Shown here: piece by piece, positions 1 to 9,291 of the stretch
How positions within the stretch are numbered: position 1 is the stretch's first letter
Layout: each line of letters begins with the position of its first letter
DNA from: Stramenopiles sp. TOSAG23-3
Lineage: Eukaryota
Length of the DNA stretch: 64,000 nt
Assembly (NCBI GenBank): GCA_900128585.1
Contig: LT642150.1
Location: 1 to 64,000, forward strand
Direction of reading: 5' to 3'
Program-made: the position numbers and the translations under genes
Notes under the pieces: model-generated
Told to the model about the DNA's origin: nothing
What the model saw: only the letters and a program-made list of their open reading frames with translations
The model's database searches: none

Positions 1-867
1 GGTCTTTGTGCGGTCGTGCAGCGGGTCTTGTTCTGATAGATATCTTTGTACCAACTTTACCCCGTTGCTAATAGGTTCTTCGCCGGTCAACTCAGCCTTT
101 GCTCTCTTTGATAATTCATAAAAGAAAACGACCACATGCGATGGACCGTTGTCTCTTTTCTTTCCCCAGATCGGGTTTTCCGCTGGGAAATTTGGAAAGA
201 CCATGCTAACTATTAACCTATTTGGGACCCCACAAGTGGATGGGGATTCTGGAACAGTGCCAGGATAAAACATATCTCCAGGGAAGGGCATACCTTCTTC
301 AGCTTCAAATATTTCTACCCCCACGGGTTCATACATCGAATATGCCGATTTCACTTTCATACCATCTACTATGTAGCCCCCGCCTCTGACATTAAAAATC
401 GTAGAGGCGTCCAACGGCGCCCACGCGTGGTTTAAGGTTTCGTTTGATTCCCAGGCATCGCTCTGCACCTTGCGCATACCACACATGTCCCCCACGACAG
501 GCTTATTCTCGGTATTTTGTGATGGATTCGGAATTCGATTGCTATGCGAGCTTGCCGACTTTTTTTTGTCCCCTTCCAAGTGAACCGAATCGTCTCCTTT
601 ACGGCGCGCAACAGCAATTTCAGAGACTTCCTGGCGGAATCTTGGAATAAACAAATCAACAAATTCCGAAGTGGAGCGAAGGCCAGAAGATCTGCCTATC
701 TCACCAAGACATTTCCTGACAATTTTTTCACTCACTTCATTGTTAGGAAAACCAATGGTATCCAAATACACGAGGAGCACACTAGGTGGAATAGTCTTGT
801 CCGCGTAAAGATTGTCCTGGCTATTGACCCATTGCTCGAAACCTGCTGCGGCTGCGAATTCGGCCAT
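1..867 (-). CDS. EDR2 C-terminal (DUF1336) domain protein, 3' end runs off the window
   Basis: Hand translation from the ATG at 867 stays open for 289 codons to position 1 (MAEFAAAAGFEQW...). It contains FNVRGGGYIVDGMKVKS..MYEPVGVEIFE and MVFPNFPAENPIWGKKRDNGPSHVVVFFYELS, which match the FxVRGxxYxxDxxKxxS pattern of DUF1336. The ORF track misses it because there is no stop in the window. Confidence 0.8.
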   Translation of the reverse strand, partial: MAEFAAAAGFEQWVNSQDNLYADKTIPPSVLLVYLDTIGFPNNEVSEKIVRKCLGEIGRSSGLRSTSEFVDLFIPRFRQEVSEIAVARRKGDDSVHLEGDKKKSASSHSNRIPNPSQNTENKPVVGDMCGMRKVQSDAWESNETLNHAWAPLDASTIFNVRGGGYIVDGMKVKSAYSMYEPVGVEIFEAEEGMPFPGDMFYPGTVPESPSTCGVPNRLIVSMVFPNFPAENPIWGKKRDNGPSHVVVFFYELSKRAKAELTGEEPISNGVKLVQRYLSEQDPLHDRTKT

Positions 868-1618
868 TGGAAACTGTGTTAAGAAATAAGATCCAACAGG
901 CGTGCAACCGGATGCCAAATACGTAAGCTGTCGTATGAATTTTTTCCCTGTCTTTTCGTATTCATCTCGCTCAGCAAATATGATTTCTTATACATTCAAT
1001 ATTGCTTGGGGACGTATCTCGATAAAAAACCGTGTATTAATATTTTATAGAAGATGATGATGATAGATAATAAAAATAGAAGAAGAAGACTTGTTGAAGC
1101 AGCAGAAGAAAGAAGAAGAATAACAGTGAGAGTTGTAATATTGTGTCTTCCGGTAGTACCTGTACCTGTACGGGTACGGTACCTGTACCACAACAGAGCA
1201 GAGAAAGCACAAAAATAGAAGAAGGAAGAAGAAGAAGTAAAAAAAAAAAAAAATTTATAATATAATACGCACCGGTACGAACATCAAAACATGCTGAATG
1301 AATGTACAGGATTACTACTACAAAAAAAAATTCAAAAAGATTATAAAAATAACAAGGAAGCAGCATTAATACTATCTCAAATACTATTGTGTGTGCTGTG
1401 AGCGAATAATAATCCAAAAGTGTTGTTTGTTGGATGAATGTGCGGGGGCAAAGAAGAAAAAAGTTGCCACGATTTATTACATAGTGGATAAAGCCAACTT
1501 ATGACTTATTTAAAGTTTGTTTTAAGTTCATTTAGGGTTCCAAGCTTTCTGCTGTAAACGAAACAAGTCACTTTGGGAGCCATAAAGCACAACATTGAAT
1601 AAGATCAATCAAGTAAAA

Positions 1619-2188
1619 ATGAACACTATCCCAAGTGTAATAATCCTCTTCGTCGCTTTGTCTTCTATGGGCAGGCAAGTCCTGGCTCAAAGCGACCCCA
1701 AACATGTTTGTGACGAAGGCAATTGCCGTTATGCCAACTCTACTGGTCGCACAATTTTTGCAGCTTGCCCTGGGGGGGGCTGTTCCTATGGGTCTTGCGA
1801 AGGAGGTTTCTGCCGGTATGGGTACTGTGGCGGTTCAAATCCTTGCACTTACTCTAGTTGTGCTGGTGGTGGATGCCACTATGAGAATTGTTTGTCCGGA
1901 AAATGTTCTTATGATACTTGCCAAGGCGGGGTATGCCGTTACGGAAATTGCACAGGCGCTTGTGTCTACCATTCATGCGTAGGTGGTCTCTGTAAATATG
2001 GATGGTGTGCAAACGGCGAGTGCAACTATTACTTCAAAGATGAGCAAGACGCAGGATGTGCAGGCGGGTTATGTCGCTACGAAAATTGCGCTGGTATTGG
2101 TAAATGCCTCTACGGCCCTTGCAACGGGGGATTGTGTCACTATGGGACTTGCGAGGCTGATAATTGCCAGTATCGTCAAAAGGCTTAA
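1619..2188 (+). CDS. Secreted Cys/Gly/Tyr-rich decapeptide-repeat protein (189 aa)
   Basis: First ATG at 1619 gives a signal peptide (MNTIPSVIILFVALSSMGRQVLA), followed by 14 C-x(3-5)-C-x-Y repeats with 28 Cys. The ORF is GC-richer than its AT-rich flanks. Confidence 0.85.
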   Translation: MNTIPSVIILFVALSSMGRQVLAQSDPKHVCDEGNCRYANSTGRTIFAACPGGGCSYGSCEGGFCRYGYCGGSNPCTYSSCAGGGCHYENCLSGKCSYDTCQGGVCRYGNCTGACVYHSCVGGLCKYGWCANGECNYYFKDEQDAGCAGGLCRYENCAGIGKCLYGPCNGGLCHYGTCEADNCQYRQKA

Positions 2189-2405
2189 GTTGGCTATGCT
2201 TAACAAAGTACGATGGAAAAAAGGTTACCATAAAACTGTGGCACTTTTGAACTCCTCATTCTCTTCTCTAATAATGAAAAGATTTTTTTATATATTGCAT
2301 ATTGGGAAATGGCCTATATAATAAATATAAGAATACATAATAAAATAATAAGTATAATTTTGAAGAAATTAAATACCGTACTGAACTGTAATGGAAAAAA
2401 AATAC

Positions 2406-2472
2406 TTCTTGACCGCTCTTCCTATAGACTACGTACACTTCCTAGGCGTAGTCTAGGAAGTGCGGTCAAGAA
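2406..2472. repeat. Imperfect inverted repeat/hairpin (~26-bp stem)
   Basis: Left arm TTCTTGACCGCTCTTCCTATAGACTACG versus right arm CGTAGTCTAGGAAGTGCGGTCAAGAA, with one mismatch and a 2-nt bulge. Confidence 0.85.
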
Positions 2473-2772
2473 CTGTAGTAGATGATTTTACCGTTTAATA
2501 AATACCCTGTTGTGATGGTACTATTACGGTACGGTACGGTAAACGGTACCAACTAATTAATATTTATCATTAAAAAATAAATGATGAGAAGTTTTTTGGC
2601 CAACACCATCTTCAATGGCCTTTCCGCATTAATGATGACAACATATAGAAATCCAAGAATTTTTATATAAATACCAGCCCATTTGCAAATAGCCGAGAGT
2701 GAAACAAGGAATAGAAAGGGGTGCAAGTAGAATAAATAGGAACTAATTAGGCGCATTTTTGAAGGGTTTCGC

Positions 2773-4878
2773 ATGGAGAAAAAGCCGGCGCTGTACGCGA
2801 ACGAGCATGACGATATTTGGTGCGCTGCACGACGTGGCGATAGTCGCGCCGTGTTGAAGTTTCTGCAGCGTGGAGCTGATGCGAACATAGAGGACGAGTG
2901 TGGTAATGCGCCACTATATTATGGTGTTTTATACGGTCATATTGAGGTAGCAAAAAAGCTGATCGATTTTGGTGCGAATATACACGATATTGATAAAATT
3001 AGCGAGGAGTTATATGACCAGCTGCGTTCCTACAAGCTCGGCAGGCCCATAACCGTAGACAAGGGGGCAGCTGCTGGTCCGGCGGGCAGTGAAAGTGGCG
3101 AGGCATACGATAGGTCAGAAATAGCCCAACCTTTTGATTTGACACCAATTAGACTAAAACGCAGGAAAAGAACGAAACCAACGGCGTCCGAAGCTCTAAT
3201 AGAAGCGAGGAAGAACATGATCCTTACGAGAGGGGAGGAGTGGACAAAAAAATTAGAGCAAGTTGCAGCCAATAGAGAAAGCCAAAAGGAGAGAAGAAAA
3301 TGGCTTTCGCAAGTAAATAGGGCATTCTGGTTGCAGCAGCGTGAGAAGCATGAGCGTAAATGGATGGCAAAGCGTAAGATGGTAGATGCACAAGTTAGAT
3401 TTACTGATGAGCAACGAAAAGAATTGAGGAAATGGTTCGAAAGTTTAGATGCCGATGGCTCCGGAGAAATATCCTTCGTGGAGCTTGCTGGACCACTGCT
3501 TTCCACCGGGATTGCCACCACTCAACGAGAAGTACAAGATATAATAGATCGTCACAAATCTGATGTCACGGGAGGTATAGATTTCGAATCGTTTATGGCA
3601 CTTCTGAAGCCGGCGAAAAAAATAAACATAAAAAAGTTATATGAACGGTTAGACAAAAACCCTTTGCTCGATGTCGAAAAATTAGTCCGTGAAGCCGAGG
3701 AGGAGAAAAAGAATTCAGCCGCCAGAGCAGCATTTGAAAACTTAAAGGATCAGCTGACATCGGCGGAGGCAGAGAATCCGATGGATATCGACTCATTGAT
3801 ATCATTTACTAGAAGGGAAAAAATTATGAAGCAGTTGAAGACGTCCATCATTCGTAAGTACGAGTCTATGGAGCAACCAAGTGATAGTTTAGCAACAGAG
3901 CCCACTGTTTCCCCGAAAAGATTGTCGCCGCCAAACGGTCTGGGCAACAGTTCAGACCCACTGCCCTCGTCTTCCCCCCAAAGCACAGAAAAGACGGGGC
4001 AATCAAAGGCGTCCGAAGATTTTCAGCGAAAACTGATGCAGAGAAAAATTGCCCGAGATCGGCTACGGCGTCTGGACAATCTATCATGTCTCCAAAGAGT
4101 TGTAAGGGGAAGCATGGAAAGTGGGACAAGGGTGTCCTATTATGATGGGGAATTGCCCCCCGAAAATAACGATAAAGTGCGAACTTACGAGGACTTTGAT
4201 CGGCTACTTCCCACGTTAAGACCGCCAGCACAACTGCGTGCCCTGCAAAACCATCGGCAGTGGGACTTCTGGTTAGCACGTGCCAAAGGTGGAACTATTG
4301 AATATGATTCAGAAGATGAAGAGGAAGAAAATTTTGTGGAAGAGGTGGCCAATCAGTCTAATTCATTTACGAGGGGCCGCTCCGTGATTAGCGAAGATAC
4401 AGAGGGAATACTAAAGACCCCAGTGAAAACAAGGAGAAACACAAATAGTACAGCACTCGCCCAGACTTATAGTCGAAGCCCGGCTGCAGTGGAAAACGCG
4501 CTTTCACCGCACCAGGTAAATATTGAAAGGAGGTTTTCCAAGTTTTTAAAGCCGACACGAGCAGATATAATTAGGAGAAATAAGCATAAGGTGCGCCGGC
4601 AGTACTTGAAGAAGAAAAAAGTCCACCTTCCTGCACTGGGTGAATCGAAATCTGCTCCGAAATTAAAAGCAAATACGACGTATTATCAACAAAGGCAAAC
4701 ATCTTCTGGCAAAAGAAGACGATCGAATAAGAACAATAAAGTTGGATCATCTGCTAGCTTGACAACTTTAAGCACAAAACAGCCAATGTTTGCCGTTACA
4801 GTTGGCAATGGGCTTGTGAACGCGAAGATTGTGGATTTAAATTTATCCACAGGATTTCCGGCGAAGGAAAGAGGATAA
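2773..4878 (+). CDS. Ankyrin-repeat + EF-hand protein with basic low-complexity tail
   Basis: N-terminal ankyrin motifs (AARRGD..LQRGADAN; GNAPLYYGVLYGH), a canonical EF-hand DADGSGEISFVEL plus a degenerate second hand, and coiled-coil segments. Confidence 0.85.
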   Translation: MEKKPALYANEHDDIWCAARRGDSRAVLKFLQRGADANIEDECGNAPLYYGVLYGHIEVAKKLIDFGANIHDIDKISEELYDQLRSYKLGRPITVDKGAAAGPAGSESGEAYDRSEIAQPFDLTPIRLKRRKRTKPTASEALIEARKNMILTRGEEWTKKLEQVAANRESQKERRKWLSQVNRAFWLQQREKHERKWMAKRKMVDAQVRFTDEQRKELRKWFESLDADGSGEISFVELAGPLLSTGIATTQREVQDIIDRHKSDVTGGIDFESFMALLKPAKKINIKKLYERLDKNPLLDVEKLVREAEEEKKNSAARAAFENLKDQLTSAEAENPMDIDSLISFTRREKIMKQLKTSIIRKYESMEQPSDSLATEPTVSPKRLSPPNGLGNSSDPLPSSSPQSTEKTGQSKASEDFQRKLMQRKIARDRLRRLDNLSCLQRVVRGSMESGTRVSYYDGELPPENNDKVRTYEDFDRLLPTLRPPAQLRALQNHRQWDFWLARAKGGTIEYDSEDEEEENFVEEVANQSNSFTRGRSVISEDTEGILKTPVKTRRNTNSTALAQTYSRSPAAVENALSPHQVNIERRFSKFLKPTRADIIRRNKHKVRRQYLKKKKVHLPALGESKSAPKLKANTTYYQQRQTSSGKRRRSNKNNKVGSSASLTTLSTKQPMFAVTVGNGLVNAKIVDLNLSTGFPAKERG

Positions 4879-5121
4879 TTTTATAATTAACGCGCACACT
4901 AAAGTGTGACAGTAAATTAAGAGAATACGAATTTACAAAGTAAGAACACAGCAAAATTGTGTTCTTTTAACGTGCGAAGTAGTATGATATGTTGTTATCA
5001 TAATTAAAAACAAAATAATGGAACTTTTTCTTGGTGTGATTAAAATTCTTATGATACACACTTCCTTTTCTGTACACGATTAAGTTAAGAGTTCGCAATA
5101 GTTTTAGGAGAGGCGTGAGTC

Positions 5122-8100
5122 TTACTGAAACAAGCTGACAAGGCCTGGGTTTGACAAAGTATCGTTTGTAGCTTTTGCCTTTTTCTTGTCAAATGGTTCA
5201 GTTGACGTAGCAAGGTTTTGGATACTAAATTTTGTTGCGACCAGGATACTTTCTTTTGTGTCTCCCGTTTGACCCATTTTTAAAGCACAATCCTGCAAAA
5301 AACTTTGCACAATGCCTCTTTTCTCTCTTTCGCTTTGTTTTGAATTGAGAAGCTTACTATCAAATTCTTTGATTTCAGATTCCGATACACCGGGAATTAG
5401 CGAAACGATTCGTCGGGCTTCGTTCGAGGAACCGTGCACACCCATACCACTGTTCCCCCCACCTTCGTGTACTGGTATCCACCCAAATGACATCCTGCAA
5501 TACATACTATTAATCAACGCTATCAAAAAGTTCTGGTGGATTTTCCCGTGGTCTTTGTTAGTGAGAAGAACTTGCAGGGCTGAGGCCAAAAGGTGACTAA
5601 GCATTCCATGGTTCTCCACGTGTTTAGTTAAAAATGGCAATATTCGCTCTGCCAGTAGCAACGTGGAACGCAGGCACTTGGTATCGGGCCATAAAAATGC
5701 CGAAGACAACGCATAAATAACCTGCTCTTTCATGCGAGCATCTGCAACCAACAGCTCTCCCAATTTTGTCAAATATGCCGGTGATGGCGCTCCCACTTGT
5801 TTGACAATTTTGCCATTTCTTTTCACTAGTGGTTTTTGTGGAAACAGGGCTCGCAGCAGCGTGAGGTATTCTCGGCTTACCTCTCGAATTAGTCGCTCGT
5901 CTACCATCAGTTTGACATCTGGGTCCATACCCATCGGAAAATGCCAGGGAACGCGTTGCGCCGGGTCAATGTACCACGATTCCCATGTTTTATTGAGCAT
6001 TCCTGTTAAGTGCTGCATAAATGGGTGTAGTAGAGGAAACAGTAGAGTAGGCACCAAGGGCAAAGGGCAAGTCAAAGAAAACGGATTCAAGAAAAGAGAC
6101 ATAAACATTTTCAAATGGCGGTGCTCCATAGAGTTCAAGCCCACAAAAATATTTTGTAGCATGAGCGAGTGAAGATTTTGAATGTCAAAAATCCCACCAA
6201 AACCATTCATGAAGCCGAGAGGATTTTGCAGGTAACTTATTTTCCCGTTCTGCATCGAAGCCGAATGTATTGCAGCAATCTTAATCAAGTCGTAGCATTC
6301 TCTGCGTAGATGAGTCATCAGTGAGGCGAGGTCTGCACCATTCTCTTCGGAGTTCGACACTCCTGTTGCTAACGCCACTTCCGATTGGTGAACACCAGGG
6401 ATGTTCAGAAAATGGTCTTCAAAGCCCATGGCAACGCGCACTTCTAGCGGTGAAATACGTTGCAACCAGCACATGTCGGATTTTTCTAATGGTTCCCGGA
6501 TCGGTGGTTCCCATATTTGGTGCAGGGTCTTTACCAAGGCGAAAATATTTGGTAATATTAGACTCCAGTTGTGGATAAATGGGTGTATCTTTGGGGCACC
6601 GTTTTGCTGCGGGGATCGGGCAGCTTTGGCGTGGCTTCGTTTGCCTACACACGAAAAAATCTGAAGGCATGAATATATTTTCCACCGCGTATCAGCGGAT
6701 GAACTTCGCAACATCGCGATGAAAGCTTGGGGAGATGACACCAAGCTCGTAGACGCATCCATTGTCCAGTCACGAAGTGGCGCCTCCATCATGTTATCCA
6801 AAAAACTCTTTTGCTCTTCAAATACAGAGATAGAATTGCTGACTATAACCATCATTTCATACAACAGGGCCTTTTCAGAGTCCATGATCTGGCTCGTGTT
6901 GATAAGTTCCAACACCCTATTTATGATATTCGGAAAATTTGGCAACATCTTCGCAGGAACCCTCATCGCAATCTTTATCAACGCCACCATGGCCTTCCGT
7001 CTGGCACTTTTCGTATCGTTGTGCAGGTCTCCAAGACCGGTTTTTCTTTGTAATTCAAGAGGGGTTTGAAATATGGTACTAGAGAAAAGCTTTTCGAGAA
7101 CAAACCCCAGTGACTGATCGTGATTCTTGAAGTACCCACCCTTGGAAAAGGTCGAGAGTCCAATCATTTGGCGACCTAGTAGCAGTGGGTCATCTGTTTT
7201 GTAATTCACCAGCATTTCTAAAATTTTGTGCAGCCCAGTTGAAACACCACCACCGTTGCTTAAACCATTTGCGGCCGTCATTTTTGCATTAAACGCCCCC
7301 AAAATTTTCTCCAAACAAATCGTAGCACCTTCTAATTGTATATACGCTGTGCTGAAAATCGTGCCATATGGGGTTCCCTCGCGGAGAGCGTTGGTACTCC
7401 TGGGAAAACTTTGCAGCACCTCTGCCATTCGCTGACGTATGTATTCGACCACTATTGTGGGGTATGCACCCGCGAGCGCTTTTATTGCCGATGTAATGCG
7501 GCTTCGGCAAACCCCTAAGCTTTTCAAAAATTCATCGTTGTCGTCAAAATCGAAAATGCCATACTGCGACACTGGCGTTTCGATAGGGTCTTCCGGGGAC
7601 CCATGGCGAAGGACTTTTTGGCCATACAATGAAATTAACCATGGAATGCGGTCCGCGACACATTTTGCTGTTATAAAACCATTCAGTCGCTCTAAAATAT
7701 AATACCAAGTACCAAGCATCCGCTCAGTAATCTTATAGCTAGGGTGTTGAAACATCCTGGAAGAAATTTCAACACACAAGACAACTACAGGGTCACTTGG
7801 TTGGAAACACTGCAAATGTATTTCGCCAATACAGCAAATTAGCTTAGCGATTTGTTGTTGAAATTTGTAGAGGTCTTCGTCGACTGGAAACTGGGCGTCC
7901 AGGGGCAGTGCAGCGCACGTTCGCATCACTAACATCACCGCCTCGCTTGCCGTAATCTTTGACGCATCTGTAAACGCTTTCCTGTTGCATAGTCCTGTCA
8001 TTGCTTTCGCAGATGCCATTCGTATCGGATGCGATGAGTCCTTTATGAGCACGGAAAAAACCTCCAACAAATTGCAGCCCGGCTCAAAGCAAGAGTCAAT

Positions 8101-8796
8101 CTGCATCCATTCGACAAACACACCGAGGCACTCCAGCGCACAAACTATCAGGATTTCTGCCTTTTTCGCGCTTCTATCAGAGTTAAATATTGAATACTGC
8201 TGATTCAAAACAATGTACAAAGATTTTATTATCACAGGAAGGTGTTTATTTATACCCTGCAGTACCTGATTCCGTCTTTTTGTCGGCATACAGGTGTTAA
8301 ACTCAGAGCTGCACGCGTCTTGGGCCAGTAAATGCAGCGCCCTGATTCCAACATACGCCTCCGTGTAATTAGTATTTATCAAGCCCAAAATGTCGTTGCA
8401 AAACGACGGCCACAACTGAGGCCATTCTCTTTTGGCCAATTCCGCCAGTAAACTAGAAATCGTTTCCCGGATCACTTTCGGACCTACCAAAATATCATTA
8501 AGGTGGCTTGAGGCAAATGAAAATATCTTCCGTTTCAATAAGTCTTTTCTATTTTGCTGCCACGTATTCCACTGCGACTTTAGGGCATCGTTAATGGAAT
8601 GCAAACAAAAATGCCGCAGTTCTACGTCTTCGCACGAAGATTTTTCGAAGAACACCACGGCTGCGTCAGCACCGCTCGGGGAGCTCTTAAAACTCTCCAA
8701 GTACTGCCCAGCCCGAGCGCGATCTTCATGCGAAGTGCTCGCCGCGTGGACAGCACGCAACGCCTGAAGTATTGTTTGCCTCTGTTGTTCAGCCAT
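5122..8796 (-). CDS. XPO5: Exportin-5-like karyopherin
   Basis: 1224 aa all-helical. Importin-beta N-terminal region (RARAGQYLESFK...LRHFCL) and Xpo1 motif AELAKREWPQLWP; overall length and C-terminal features fit exportin-5/Msn5/HASTY. Confidence 0.8.
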   Translation of the reverse strand: MAEQQRQTILQALRAVHAASTSHEDRARAGQYLESFKSSPSGADAAVVFFEKSSCEDVELRHFCLHSINDALKSQWNTWQQNRKDLLKRKIFSFASSHLNDILVGPKVIRETISSLLAELAKREWPQLWPSFCNDILGLINTNYTEAYVGIRALHLLAQDACSSEFNTCMPTKRRNQVLQGINKHLPVIIKSLYIVLNQQYSIFNSDRSAKKAEILIVCALECLGVFVEWMQIDSCFEPGCNLLEVFSVLIKDSSHPIRMASAKAMTGLCNRKAFTDASKITASEAVMLVMRTCAALPLDAQFPVDEDLYKFQQQIAKLICCIGEIHLQCFQPSDPVVVLCVEISSRMFQHPSYKITERMLGTWYYILERLNGFITAKCVADRIPWLISLYGQKVLRHGSPEDPIETPVSQYGIFDFDDNDEFLKSLGVCRSRITSAIKALAGAYPTIVVEYIRQRMAEVLQSFPRSTNALREGTPYGTIFSTAYIQLEGATICLEKILGAFNAKMTAANGLSNGGGVSTGLHKILEMLVNYKTDDPLLLGRQMIGLSTFSKGGYFKNHDQSLGFVLEKLFSSTIFQTPLELQRKTGLGDLHNDTKSARRKAMVALIKIAMRVPAKMLPNFPNIINRVLELINTSQIMDSEKALLYEMMVIVSNSISVFEEQKSFLDNMMEAPLRDWTMDASTSLVSSPQAFIAMLRSSSADTRWKIYSCLQIFSCVGKRSHAKAARSPQQNGAPKIHPFIHNWSLILPNIFALVKTLHQIWEPPIREPLEKSDMCWLQRISPLEVRVAMGFEDHFLNIPGVHQSEVALATGVSNSEENGADLASLMTHLRRECYDLIKIAAIHSASMQNGKISYLQNPLGFMNGFGGIFDIQNLHSLMLQNIFVGLNSMEHRHLKMFMSLFLNPFSLTCPLPLVPTLLFPLLHPFMQHLTGMLNKTWESWYIDPAQRVPWHFPMGMDPDVKLMVDERLIREVSREYLTLLRALFPQKPLVKRNGKIVKQVGAPSPAYLTKLGELLVADARMKEQVIYALSSAFLWPDTKCLRSTLLLAERILPFLTKHVENHGMLSHLLASALQVLLTNKDHGKIHQNFLIALINSMYCRMSFGWIPVHEGGGNSGMGVHGSSNEARRIVSLIPGVSESEIKEFDSKLLNSKQSEREKRGIVQSFLQDCALKMGQTGDTKESILVATKFSIQNLATSTEPFDKKKAKATNDTLSNPGLVSLFQ

Positions 8797-9291
8797 TTGA
8801 CATTTAATTTTTGCTGAATTATGAGACTAACATCACTGCGAATTCGGTAACTTTTAGTAAATATTTAGAACGTGGTTGGAAATATTCATCGTTACATGAT
8901 GTATACTTTCAATATAACTTCTTAGTGTATTCTAAAAATTGATTGTTTTCATAATAACAACAACATAATTGTTTTGATTTGAGATCAACAACAAAACAAC
9001 AAGACAGCACACCACACACCACACACCCCGTGGATGGTGGTCGTGACACGACGACGACCGTGTGTACGGTGGTGTTTGGTGGTGATTATAAATCAACACC
9101 ACACATCACCCATCACAGTTGTAAGGTGGATAAGTTTATAATTAGGGTTAATTTCATTCCGCGTTGTCTACGAGGAGTTATTAGTAGGAACCAAGGTAGA
9201 GGTAAAATTATAGGATGATTCAACAATATGTACTATTACATTTTTCGATTAAAATTTTTAAAGTTTAAAAGGCACAATTTTTACTGTGCTG

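Noticed and set aside
996-1417. Hydrophobic or low-complexity ORFs in spacers (also 11629-11873, 18288-18668, 29317-29686, 34465-34662, 49142-49591, 55116-55337)
   Set aside because: They are translations of TTC/TAT/GAA microsatellite tracts, often with non-ATG starts and no family motifs.
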